A stretch of 64,000 bases of DNA from a virus: IMG/VR virus record IMGVR_UViG_3300025617_000015, positions 7,197-71,196 of that record. One strand, 5' to 3'. Positions 20,601-28,521 of this stretch are shown piece by piece. Within the stretch, counting starts at the first letter, position 1, and every line of letters starts with the position of its first letter. The notes under the pieces are model-generated. The model searched no databases. It saw nothing but the letters and a program-made list of their open reading frames with translations, and had not been told where the DNA came from. Made by a program: the position numbers and the translations under genes.

Positions 20601-22466
20601 GTGTCTGCATATAGCTCCGACGGCTTAACTTGGGCAAGCGGAACGCTTCCAACAAGTGCTGATTGGAAAGATGTAGCATCTGCAATGATCGATGATGGAT
20701 CTTCAGTTGCAAAACAGAGTAGAGTAGTTGCAATTGCTTCCGGAACTGCACAAGCGGCATGGAGTAACAATGGAACTACTTGGAATTCAGCTACAATGCC
20801 AGTTAGTGCTAATTGGAGCTCAGTAACATACGGCGAAGGAAAATTTGTTGCTGTTGCTGACGACACTACAACTGTTGCTGTATCGCTCGACGGTGTTGAA
20901 TGGGATATTACTGGAACCTTACCAGGAACAGGATACGATCATGTAGCATACGGACAAGGCATGTTCATTGCAATCGAATCAGGAAGTACTAATAGTGCTT
21001 ATTCAACTGACGGTGAAAGTTGGAGTGCTGGCGGTGCATTACCTGCATCAAGTACTTGGAGCGGTTTAGCATACGGTAGAAATATCTTTATTGCAGTCGC
21101 AGACGGTAGTGGAAATGGTGCTTACAGTATTGACAAAGGACTTAACTGGACTGCAATGACTGTAGGTAATGCATTTGGTACTCTTCAAGGTGTACAATAC
21201 GGTCAAGGTATGTTTGTTGCAACTGTACGGGATAGCGGCGGCGGCCTAGATACTAACTATGTAATGTCATCACAAGATGGTATTCATTGGAATACGCAGA
21301 CTTGTGCAAATACTGGAACTGACGATGGATTTAGTACTGCCGGATTTGGTGTTAAAGACAACATGGGATACTGGATCGGTATCGACGGTGCGGCATCGAC
21401 TAATAAAGTCGTAAGATTTAAGGATGGTGCAACAGCTAAAGGTAGATGTTCAGTAGCAGATAATAAGATTTTTGAAATTAGGATTACAGATCCTGGTTCA
21501 GGATACTCGACTGCACCTGTATTAACAGTAACTGATCCTAGTGAAATTTATGCAGTACCCACTGAAGTTAGAATTACTAACGGTGCTATTGCAAACCCAT
21601 CCTTTACAAACAGAGGTACAGGTTACGAATCATCCAGTGCTGATCTAGTTGACGGAGACGGTTATGCATTCTTCTACCAAGCAGGATCATTTATTGCAAT
21701 AAGACAACTTACTGAGTTCCCCGTAACAGGCTCAAACGTAGTGTTTGGACATTTACCAGATCAAACATTTAAACTAGTTAACATTTTAACACTGCGTGGT
21801 ACAAACGATGGATCATACACATGCTTCTTCCAAGTATCACCTGATATGAAGGTGTTTAATGTGCCAGATGATGGAGTTAGTGTTGAAACTAGAATACGTT
21901 ACTCGCAAGTACGTCTAACAGGACATGACTTCCTAGATATTGGTACAGGTAACTTTACTGAAACTAACTATCCAGGACTTCCACTGCAAGAACCAGTACA
22001 GGCACAAGAGACTAAAGAAAGCAATGGCGGTAGGGTATTCTTTACAACTACTGACCAAGATGGTAACTTTAGAGTTGGTAACTTGTTCGCAGTTGAGCAG
22101 TCAACAGGGGTTGCAACACTTAACGCTGATGCATTTAACATTGCTGGTCTACAAGAACTGTCACTGGGTGAAGTTACACTAGGCGGCGGCTCAGCAAGTA
22201 TTGATGAGTTTAGTACAGACCCATTCTTTACACAAGATTCGGATAGTGTTGTACCGACACAAAGAGCTATTAAAGCATTTATTAGTTCACAAATTGGTGG
22301 CGGTGGCGCATCACTTAACGTAAATAGTGTTACTGCTGGTTTTGTTAAAATTAGCGGTACAACAATTACTTCAGATACTGGAGCATCAATTCAAGTTAAT
22401 GCAACACTTGACTTCAAAGCAGGAGTTAGAGGTTACCCATTAGCATGGAACTACTTTTTAACATAA
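14658..22466 (+). CDS. giant virion structural/fibre protein (paralog of 9069)
   Basis: 2602 aa with the same architecture: W/Y repeats, CSLDPGWGPDD..SPYVQNV..GQKIDG block, Asp-box repeats and the GHDFLDIGTG C-terminal domain. Has extra helical repeats KCERDTGFIVDAL, KCEQDVGYIVDAL and LCERDTGTVIDAL. Confidence 0.75.
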   Translation: MAEFKLGRIKFVWKGNWTQSTTYYKDDVVQFGGKTFICAVGHTADTSFYTDLDIVPSKWNQMTDGQAWEGNWTISTLYKVNDVVKYGGTLYICNESHTSAGTTTLGLEDDQGKWDTYVEGFDWKSNWTIATRYKVNDVVKYGGQTYVANTGHTSAGTTADGLELDQAKWDYLNKGTEYKGAWATATRYKVNDVIKYGPNLYVSNTAHTSDATDFATDIANWDQFVEGFAYENTWSNATTYQPGDVVKYGGNHYVSTSIHAGTTPTAVGQSDWSLFSRNFDYIGNWAIDTGYKIGEVVTVGSYTYVATADSPTTAITVTASDNGSSQITAADTTGMVAGMAIQFSGTSFGNINVGYTYFVKTVDSSTTFTISTTQGGSTFSVDTDTGSMTADVSAHPTNTNYFSTLNEGFRNRGDWNDDVEYEIGDVVKFGDNTYVSIAKHRSEGDDGSTVGELGGGGDNSRPDQDASGAYWNQLMTGSETSILTTSGDLVYYGGAGPTRLPIGVEGQVLMAGQNYPEWTSLGGSDHVYYVAPHGRDEAFPVFGKTVDKPFKTIRYACEAVLKGPLNPNANKLLELNRAFIQRETTEWIDYQVANAGGSGIWDSFDYDESKCERDTGFIVDALIHDIGHGGNVRSRGAANTYVGGLFEDEQESYGRLAQESAQSVEAFAYTLSVIQNVLNQTDPSVNYQVTNGDNSTAIVTQYKDATINAESGTYDKCADLMTIISNAVEDGDTTRIPARVQPNNLIIIKTGAYEEVLPIIVPENTCVIGDEVRSTKVNAAGSKTDKTDAKFSIDTFAHLEDVISDVIAGATVTPSASNAETQDIAVPFADTVEQTDITRLIRGLTHDMDFRLGTKHKGNIPDPTGYNTSYLVGYGDARKLVKENKDFFIKETTAYITANYPNLKYSKTKCEQDVGYIVDALIYDLTYGGKDQTIKAGLAYFDGRNGANSISAAELVATTDAYTNLKSMISTVAQANAWTALQSAVTVFTDTAGSAASITHLDECLDIIIATVQDANDTPNAIVSDIASNVATTTVAHGMAVGDKFVPRSTANGFVLNRIYYVKTVPNPDEFTVSETFDGSTVTLTNGTGLTITGDIEYRPDYSWASASQITAWTTLSAATETIIQGVVNELATTNWHTDFVVRPDNITSTAFEIYVGTTDLVHTYVNGGTVTKADGTELDITNFVYNESTGIATVTTATHGLLGGEVVDVENIVVSCLSSGGTPQQFTFPSSTNTDGSVTKVKYIQSKCLRDTRIILNSVGYDMMFAGNYNTLVSALSYLRATAKDVYDKNQKETTLSAFAYVKTQAKANVGGNATAQAKIEEVMTLLDDVVYIGSNEGSKASCATDARNAHHAALQLERNRDFIIAEATAYIADTFSDTVTATSATGDIVTISDTSWMTRGMAIEFEGTIVGEPSGPASNDGIEADTVYYVQNIVSSTTFTISDTRYGAVRTLTTDTGSATVKMSYNSALCERDTGTVIDALKFDIKYPGNYKTRYASRYYANAVIGSHEEDMYYLRNGTGVRNQTVDGLRGDLLPENAYGTSRVSAGAYCSLDPGWGPDDYSAWITERSPYVQNVATFGYAAVGQKIDGALHAGGNDSIVSNDFTQLISDGIGAWVTNNARAELVSVFSYYSHIGYLAENGGRIRGTNGNNSYGDWGSVAEGFDDTETTNTAIVDNKFQFEATVEQVFTDAAEEVYAFEFGNAGQDYTEATFLVSGAGTGASVEVDDFRDGAVSYVWLEDNVDDSTSAPEAAGNFGGFGYISNSNTAQAGDATSITLAATDGETSTAYIGMKVYIDGGAGVGQFGIIDTYNAGTKRATVTKESTGAAGWDHVLPGTAIATPDASSTYAVEPRISFASPGFDAGVTDTINTTGNWNKVKFAYTSATYLPSSFTYAGNGSGASFQVIKNGGAYIASILTGGETYERLQTITIDGADLGGATTTNDLTITITSVDTDGEILEFDTEGDALEGKWVAVKDASNVSAYSSDGLTWASGTLPTSADWKDVASAMIDDGSSVAKQSRVVAIASGTAQAAWSNNGTTWNSATMPVSANWSSVTYGEGKFVAVADDTTTVAVSLDGVEWDITGTLPGTGYDHVAYGQGMFIAIESGSTNSAYSTDGESWSAGGALPASSTWSGLAYGRNIFIAVADGSGNGAYSIDKGLNWTAMTVGNAFGTLQGVQYGQGMFVATVRDSGGGLDTNYVMSSQDGIHWNTQTCANTGTDDGFSTAGFGVKDNMGYWIGIDGAASTNKVVRFKDGATAKGRCSVADNKIFEIRITDPGSGYSTAPVLTVTDPSEIYAVPTEVRITNGAIANPSFTNRGTGYESSSADLVDGDGYAFFYQAGSFIAIRQLTEFPVTGSNVVFGHLPDQTFKLVNILTLRGTNDGSYTCFFQVSPDMKVFNVPDDGVSVETRIRYSQVRLTGHDFLDIGTGNFTETNYPGLPLQEPVQAQETKESNGGRVFFTTTDQDGNFRVGNLFAVEQSTGVATLNADAFNIAGLQELSLGEVTLGGGSASIDEFSTDPFFTQDSDSVVPTQRAIKAFISSQIGGGGASLNVNSVTAGFVKISGTTITSDTGASIQVNATLDFKAGVRGYPLAWNYFLT

Positions 22467-22481
22467 TGGAGAAAAATTAAA

Positions 22482-22802
22482 ATGGCAACAGGTAGATTAG
22501 GAACATCAGATTTAGCGGCAGCAACAGACACACTGTTGTACACTTGCCCGGCAGATACATTTTCAGTAACAACGTTATCGTTGTGTAATAGAAATGGATC
22601 ATCTGTAAGAATCAGAGTAGCAGTAGGTACTAGTGCATCACCGGCTGACGCAGAATTCATTGAATACGATTCAGAATTAACAGGCAACTCAGTTATTGAA
22701 CGTACAGGTATTGTTTTAAGTGCAGGACAAACTATTATTGTAAGATCTAATACCGTTAATGTAAGTGCAGTACTAGTTGGTATTGAAACAACAACGGCAT
22801 AA
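22482..22802 (+). CDS. small virion beta-sandwich protein (paralog of 3688 and 8353)
   Basis: LLYTCP..VTTLSLCNR..ERTGIVLSAGQTI pattern. Confidence 0.55.
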   Translation: MATGRLGTSDLAAATDTLLYTCPADTFSVTTLSLCNRNGSSVRIRVAVGTSASPADAEFIEYDSELTGNSVIERTGIVLSAGQTIIVRSNTVNVSAVLVGIETTTA

Positions 22803-22823
22803 ATACATTAGGAGATATAAATT

Positions 22824-23165
22824 ATGGGACGTTCAGTCAAAGCTAATCCAAGAGGAGTTGTTCCGCCAACACTCTTTACACAAGAAACATTAGATGCAGA
22901 TGCATCGGTCACTGCAAATAAAATTTTCTTTGTTGATACATCCGGTGGAACTGTTCAAGTAACTTTACCGCCTGAACCGTTTCCAGGAGATATCATTAAG
23001 ATTTTTGATCATACTGGCAGTTTTAGTACAAATGCATGTACTGTAAACCCAAATAGTCATAAGATTATGGGTGTTGCAGACAACATGACAGTTAGTACTA
23101 CTAGAGCATCTTTTACTCTTGTTTATTCAGGGACTGCTAACGGATGGTTAGTAGAAGCAATTTAA
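22824..23165 (+). CDS. small baseplate/fibre-attachment domain protein (gp9/gp10-like domain)
   Basis: FFVDTSGGTVQVTLP..P..GDIIKIFD..GSF..N..TV..KIMG..LVY....GW motif. TAAATA at 22800-22805 and an AGGAG RBS upstream. Confidence 0.55.
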   Translation: MGRSVKANPRGVVPPTLFTQETLDADASVTANKIFFVDTSGGTVQVTLPPEPFPGDIIKIFDHTGSFSTNACTVNPNSHKIMGVADNMTVSTTRASFTLVYSGTANGWLVEAI

Positions 23166-23180
23166 TAGGAAAAGGATAAC

Positions 23181-24098
23181 ATGGCCTTTAGTTACGAAAG
23201 TTTACAAAAAATTACAAGTGCAGGACTTGTGGACGTTTCGATTAGTTCGCAAGATATTGCGAACAGCGCAATTACAGAAGATAAAATTGCTGATGGAAGC
23301 ATCACCGGCGCAAAAATTGCCGCTGGGCAAGTTGGATCAAGCGAGTTGGCAGCAAACTCAGTAACGTCAGGAAAAATTGCCGATGGAAACGTTAGTTTAA
23401 CCGGAGGTGAAGTTACTGGAGTATTGCCAGTAAGTAAAGGCGGCACAGGGTTATCATCTGTTACTAATGACAGAACACTTGTTGTTAATAATGCAGGAAC
23501 CGCACTAGAACACGGTTTTATGGGAATACAAAGTTGCCAAGTGTTTACATCAAACGGCACATGGAATAGACCATCCGGCGTATCGAAAATTAAAGTACAA
23601 GTAGTCGGCGGAGGAGGTGGCGGAACAGGCCACGGAGAGTCTGGCGGATCTGGCGGATTTGCTGAAGAAATTATCAACGTTACAAGCATTAGCTCTGTAT
23701 CAATTAACATTGGTGGCGGCGGTGGCGGTGTAAATTACCATAACAGTGCCGGTAATGGAGGAACTACTTCGTTTGGTCCTTATCTATCAGCAGGTGGTGG
23801 CGAAGGTGCTAGACGAGTAGGCGGACACAGTGGTGGACGTCCTGGAACAGGATCAGGCGGAAACTTTAACCAATATGGCGGCGGTGGCAATGGTCACAAT
23901 CACTTAGGTGGCGGACTTGGAGGCGAGAGCTTCTTTGGAGGAGCATGTTTAGCAGTTCACCAGTCGGGTGTTGGTAACGTTAGTAGCTACGAAGGTAGAG
24001 CCGCACCGGGAACCGGTGGAACAGGCGCACCTAGAGGTAGACGTAGAGGCGGTACTGGCAGAGGCGGTATGGTAGTTGTGTGGAATTTGAGAGGATAA
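23181..24098 (+). CDS. short tail fibre/adhesin with Gly-rich C-terminal domain, copy 1
   Basis: 10-residue repeats (IANSAITEDK, IADGSITGAK), GVLPVSKGGTG fibre motif, and FTSNGTW..VQVVGGGGGG..GGMVVVW Gly-rich domain. Confidence 0.75.
   Translation: MAFSYESLQKITSAGLVDVSISSQDIANSAITEDKIADGSITGAKIAAGQVGSSELAANSVTSGKIADGNVSLTGGEVTGVLPVSKGGTGLSSVTNDRTLVVNNAGTALEHGFMGIQSCQVFTSNGTWNRPSGVSKIKVQVVGGGGGGTGHGESGGSGGFAEEIINVTSISSVSINIGGGGGGVNYHNSAGNGGTTSFGPYLSAGGGEGARRVGGHSGGRPGTGSGGNFNQYGGGGNGHNHLGGGLGGESFFGGACLAVHQSGVGNVSSYEGRAAPGTGGTGAPRGRRRGGTGRGGMVVVWNLRG
23736..23790 (+). repeat. 55-nt exact direct repeat shared by fibre copies 1 and 2 (second copy at 24658-24712)
   Basis: taccataacagtgccggtaatggaggaactacttcgtttggtccttatctatcag is identical at both loci. 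A separate 44-nt exact repeat links 23595-23638 with 25432-25475. Confidence 0.9.
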
Positions 24099-24099
24099 C

Positions 24100-25014
24100 A
24101 TGGCATTTGATTATAAAACACTAAGAAAGATTACAAGTGCAGGAATTGTCGATGGATCTATTGCAGCCGCTGACTTGGCAGCGTCAACAGTTACATCTAC
24201 AGACATTGCAAATGATGCAATTACAGCAGATAAAATCGGCACAGGAGAAATTAGCTCGGGTGATATCGCAGCCAACGCTGTTGGGTCAACAGAAATTGCC
24301 GACAGCGCAATTAGTTTAACTGGATCAAAGTTAAATAGCGATTTAGCACCGGTTTCAAAAGGCGGCTTAAATAGAAATTATTCTTCCGGAAGTGCTTCTC
24401 AAGCAATAAAAACTAGTGGCGGAGGATATAATACAGACTATGCCGGACTCCATGCAGTTAGAGCGTGGACTTCAAACGGCACATGGAATAGACCTGCAGG
24501 AGTAACTCGTATTAGAGTTCAATTGGTTGGTGGCGGCGGTGGCGGAACAGGCCACGGAGAAGCTGGCGGCGCAGGTGGGTATTCGGAAGAGTATATTGAT
24601 GTGACTGGTATCAGCTCTGTGTCAATTACCATTGGTGGTGGTGGTGGCGGAAATAACTACCATAACAGTGCCGGTAATGGAGGAACTACTTCGTTTGGTC
24701 CTTATCTATCAGGCGGGGGCGGCGAAGGCGCAAGACGTGTGGGCGGCCATAGTGGTGGACGCCCAGGGATTGGATCAGGCGGCAATCTAAATCTTTACGG
24801 CGGTGGCGGCTCAGCTCACACACAACACGGCGGCGGCATGGGCGGCAAGAGTTATTTTGGAGGTTCGTGTATTGGTGTACACGACAGCAGTCCTCAAGTA
24901 TCAAACCAAGAAGGCAGAGCCGCATATGGTTCGGGAGGCACAGGCGGACCCCGAGCTTTACGTAGAGGTGGTACTGGTCGTGGTGGAATTGTAATTGTGT
25001 GGGAGTACAAATAA
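24100..25014 (+). CDS. short tail fibre/adhesin with Gly-rich C-terminal domain, copy 2
   Basis: Collinear paralog of 23181 and 25015. Confidence 0.75.
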   Translation: MAFDYKTLRKITSAGIVDGSIAAADLAASTVTSTDIANDAITADKIGTGEISSGDIAANAVGSTEIADSAISLTGSKLNSDLAPVSKGGLNRNYSSGSASQAIKTSGGGYNTDYAGLHAVRAWTSNGTWNRPAGVTRIRVQLVGGGGGGTGHGEAGGAGGYSEEYIDVTGISSVSITIGGGGGGNNYHNSAGNGGTTSFGPYLSGGGGEGARRVGGHSGGRPGIGSGGNLNLYGGGGSAHTQHGGGMGGKSYFGGSCIGVHDSSPQVSNQEGRAAYGSGGTGGPRALRRGGTGRGGIVIVWEYK

Positions 25015-25929
25015 ATGGCTTTTTCTTATCAAAGTTTAAAGAAAATTACCGGCGAAGGCATTATTGACGGACAATTAGTAGCTGATGACTTTGCTACTGG
25101 CGCTGTTACTACTGCTAAAATCGGTGATAACGAAGTTACATCTGCAAAATTAGCGGCAGATTCAGTTACTGACACACAGTTAGCTACAAATGCAGTGACG
25201 CAGGTTAAGTTTGCATCAAACGCAATTAACTTAACCGGAAGTAAAGTTACTGGCACGCTAGGAACAAATAAAGGCGGCACTGGGTTAACATCATTAGGTT
25301 CTGCGAATAAAGCATTAAAAGTTAACGACTCGGGCGACGGATATACATATGGCGACACAGATTTAGTATCGTGTAGAGTTTTTACATCAAACGGCACATG
25401 GAATAGACCAACAGGAGTTACACGAATACATGTACAAGTAGTCGGCGGAGGAGGTGGCGGAACAGGCCACGGAGAAGCTGGCGGCGCAGGCGGTTACGCA
25501 GAAGAAGTTCTTAATGTTACAAGCATCAGCTCTGTATCAATTAACATCGGAGGCGGTGGCGGCGGAAATAACTATCACCGTACAGCAGGTAATGGGGGAA
25601 CTACTTCGTTTGGTCCTTATCTATCAGCAGGTGGTGGCGAAGGTGCAAGACGTGTAGGCGGACACAGTGGTGGACGCCCCGGAACAGGATCAGGCGGTAA
25701 TGTTAATATGTATGGCGGCGGAGGCGCAGGCCATACTAACCATGGTGGCGGTGAAGGCGGCATGAGTTACTTTGGAGGATCATGTATTGGTGTCCACGAC
25801 AGCGGTCCTCAAGTATCAGACCAAGAAGGTAGAGCCGCATATGGATCAGGTGGACAAGGTGGGCCAAGAGCCCTTAGAAGAGGCGGCTCAGCCCGCGCTG
25901 GTTTAGTAATAGTATGGGAGTACAAATAA
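25015..25929 (+). CDS. short tail fibre/adhesin with Gly-rich C-terminal domain, copy 3
   Basis: Collinear paralog of 23181 and 24100. Confidence 0.75.
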   Translation: MAFSYQSLKKITGEGIIDGQLVADDFATGAVTTAKIGDNEVTSAKLAADSVTDTQLATNAVTQVKFASNAINLTGSKVTGTLGTNKGGTGLTSLGSANKALKVNDSGDGYTYGDTDLVSCRVFTSNGTWNRPTGVTRIHVQVVGGGGGGTGHGEAGGAGGYAEEVLNVTSISSVSINIGGGGGGNNYHRTAGNGGTTSFGPYLSAGGGEGARRVGGHSGGRPGTGSGGNVNMYGGGGAGHTNHGGGEGGMSYFGGSCIGVHDSGPQVSDQEGRAAYGSGGQGGPRALRRGGSARAGLVIVWEYK

Positions 25930-26391
25930 ATGGCTAAAAGTGTATTAGTAGATTTCCAGGGTAACGTACAAGATATTTGTAATCCTGGTGACGAATTTGA
26001 AATTTATGAAGGACCAAACGCAACAGTACGTTGGGTAGTTTGTCCATCGGACAATATTAATGATAGTTGGGTATTACAGCAAGGAACATGGGAACAGGAT
26101 GTGCAAGCACCTCCTAGCTATAGTGTTCTTAGACAGCATGCTTACGGAGATATTGGCGAACAGCTAGATATGTTATATAAAGACATGAAAGCAGGCACAA
26201 CTAACTGGGTTGATCACATCGATACTGTTAAAGATACTGTGCCTGGACCAAACAGCGAAGAAGCAAAAGCAGTACAAGCAATGCGTAGACCAATTAATTG
26301 GGGTCAGGAAGAGTCGCCGTCGTGGACAGACGAGGTGAACAGACCAGTTCCTGGTTTGCTTATTACTGTCGGAAAAAAATACAGCGACTAA
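25930..26391 (+). CDS. putative tail-fibre assembly/chaperone-like protein
   Basis: Follows the fibre genes directly. Motif LRQHAYGDIGEQLDMLYKD..W..HI..VK..P is typical of fibre-associated proteins. Confidence 0.5.
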   Translation: MAKSVLVDFQGNVQDICNPGDEFEIYEGPNATVRWVVCPSDNINDSWVLQQGTWEQDVQAPPSYSVLRQHAYGDIGEQLDMLYKDMKAGTTNWVDHIDTVKDTVPGPNSEEAKAVQAMRRPINWGQEESPSWTDEVNRPVPGLLITVGKKYSD

Positions 26392-26430
26392 TTTTTTTAT
26401 TCGACAATAGCGAATCATATAAGTACATGT

Positions 26431-27048
26431 ATGATGTACAATATGTTTCCAACAGGTGTATACAAACAGCAAGCAAATTTAACCGATCATCATAAAAATG
26501 AGATGAGAGATTATTTGCTTGCTGAATTTTCTCAGTTACCTAAAAGTAACCATTCTTTAGAAGATGGCGGGAAAACTTTATTTGCAAGTAATGCTGGACT
26601 TCATCTATCTCCAATATTTAAGCCTTTAGTTAGTGAAATTATATTTCACATAGAAGAGTATTGGGACACTATGCTTTTTACTGAAGCAACAGATCCAAAG
26701 ATACTAGATATGTGGGCAAACTTGCACGATAAAGATGATAGCACAACACTACACTCTCATTCAAATATTATAACTGTAGGGTGTTATTATTTAAATTTTC
26801 CAATTAATTCAGGAAATTTAATATTTAAAAACCCTAACGAATACACATATCACTACTACCCTTTTGATTACGAAGGAAAGGAAAAATATATGTGGAATGA
26901 AATTGATATTGTTGAAAACGATATTGTATTATTTCCGGGTCATTTAAAACATAAAACTGGTCCAAATATGTCTAATGATACTAGGATCAGTATTAATTTT
27001 AATGTTGTTATGGTTGATCGACAGCCTGAAATATACTTCGAACAGTAG
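26431..27048 (+). CDS. 2OG-Fe(II) oxygenase (TIGR02466-like)
   Basis: WAN..HSH..GCYYL..LFPGHLKH..N..RISINFN. Confidence 0.85.
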   Translation: MMYNMFPTGVYKQQANLTDHHKNEMRDYLLAEFSQLPKSNHSLEDGGKTLFASNAGLHLSPIFKPLVSEIIFHIEEYWDTMLFTEATDPKILDMWANLHDKDDSTTLHSHSNIITVGCYYLNFPINSGNLIFKNPNEYTYHYYPFDYEGKEKYMWNEIDIVENDIVLFPGHLKHKTGPNMSNDTRISINFNVVMVDRQPEIYFEQ

Positions 27049-27060
27049 GTAAGAAAAAAA

Positions 27061-28521
27061 ATGTATACCAAAAATATTTGTGTATTAGGTGGAGGAACTG
27101 CTGGTTTAATTACTGCGTTAGTATTAAACGAAAGTTATCCAAATATTAATATTAAATTAATAAAATCTGACAAAATTGACATTGTAGGTGTTGGAGAAGG
27201 AAGCACTGAACACTGGCGATCATTTATGGATTATGTTGGAATTGATTTTGACGAATTAATTGTTGAAACAGGAGCAACATTTAAAAACGGTATTTTCTTT
27301 GAAAACTGGAACGGTGACAATCGAAATTATTATCATACTGTAAACGGACAGTTTATGGCAGAAACATTTACAGGTTATCCGTATCTATATCATAAACTTG
27401 CAGCCGAATCGAACTCACAACTTGACTTAGTTGATCCTTACGACATCGAAAGTAAATGTTTTTATCCTTTAGAAAGTGCTACTAATCAATTTCACTTCGA
27501 TACATTTAAACTCAATCAATTTTTAAATAATAAATGTCTTGAATACGGAGTCGAAATTGTTACTGATACAGTCCGAGAAGTTGAGCAGGACATCTCAGGT
27601 ATTACTAAATTAGTAGGCGAAAAGCACGAGTACACAGCCGATTTATATGTTGATGCTACTGGATTTGGAAGATTTTTAATTAAACAAGTAGAAGATAGTT
27701 GGAAGGATTGTACAGAATATCTCCCAATGAATAGTGCTATTACATTTCCGACACCCCAGACACCTAATCAAGATATTAATAGTTATACCAGAGCTATTAG
27801 TATGAATGCTGGATGGCTTTGGAATATTCCTACGCAGACTAGATTTGGAAACGGGTATGTGTACTGTGACAAGTACATTACTGAAGAACAAGCACACGCA
27901 GAAGTAGAAAAATTTTACGGTACTAATATAGAAATTGTTCGCTCATTTAAATTCGGTGCAGGTTATCTTACAAAACCTTGGGTAAAAAATTGCGTAGCTG
28001 TTGGACTTAGTAGTAGTTTTATTGAACCTTTAGAAGCAACAAATATTGGAACAGCAATACAGCAGAGCTTTGCGTTATCTGCTCATTTACCAAATTGGGA
28101 TCCTAAAATTCCTATAACTGTAGCTAAGTTTAACAACCAAATAGTCGATGTGTTTGAAAATACTGTAGACTTTGTACAATTACATTATATTACAAAAAGA
28201 CGAGATACAGAGTTCTGGCGTTCAACTGAAAACTTAAAGTTGACTAAGTTTAATGAAAAAACTCTTCCAATTTTTAAAAAGACGCTACCTAATTGGACAT
28301 ACTTCGATAAAAGATATATTATGTTTAATCATCATAATTGGTTAATGGTGTTAATGGGTTTAGAAATAATCGACAAACAGTCGATTGTTGATAGTTGGAA
28401 AGAAGTAGATAACGAATTGCGTCAAACTGCTAATATTAAATTACAAATTTACTTTAGCAGAGATGTTAAACCTATAAAACATAGAGATGCTATTAATATT
28501 ATTATTGAGGATTATAAATGA
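27061..28521 (+). CDS. flavin-dependent halogenase, tryptophan-halogenase family, copy 1
   Basis: GGGTAG, VGVGEGS, ATFK (catalytic Lys position), VDATGF, GWLWNIP, FIEPLEAT. Confidence 0.92.
   Translation: MYTKNICVLGGGTAGLITALVLNESYPNINIKLIKSDKIDIVGVGEGSTEHWRSFMDYVGIDFDELIVETGATFKNGIFFENWNGDNRNYYHTVNGQFMAETFTGYPYLYHKLAAESNSQLDLVDPYDIESKCFYPLESATNQFHFDTFKLNQFLNNKCLEYGVEIVTDTVREVEQDISGITKLVGEKHEYTADLYVDATGFGRFLIKQVEDSWKDCTEYLPMNSAITFPTPQTPNQDINSYTRAISMNAGWLWNIPTQTRFGNGYVYCDKYITEEQAHAEVEKFYGTNIEIVRSFKFGAGYLTKPWVKNCVAVGLSSSFIEPLEATNIGTAIQQSFALSAHLPNWDPKIPITVAKFNNQIVDVFENTVDFVQLHYITKRRDTEFWRSTENLKLTKFNEKTLPIFKKTLPNWTYFDKRYIMFNHHNWLMVLMGLEIIDKQSIVDSWKEVDNELRQTANIKLQIYFSRDVKPIKHRDAINIIIEDYK

Noticed and set aside
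23192-25397. Long antisense ORFs over the Gly-rich fibre genes, and similar shadows such as 20426..20866, 50843..51328 and 54117..54599
   Set aside because: They are mirror frames of real genes caused by codon bias, with no RBS, promoter or motif.
23500-25929. Repeats among the fibre genes as a diversity-generating retroelement or CRISPR array
   Set aside because: There is no reverse transcriptase, no adenine-specific mismatch pattern and no repeat-spacer periodicity. The repeats are coding paralogy.
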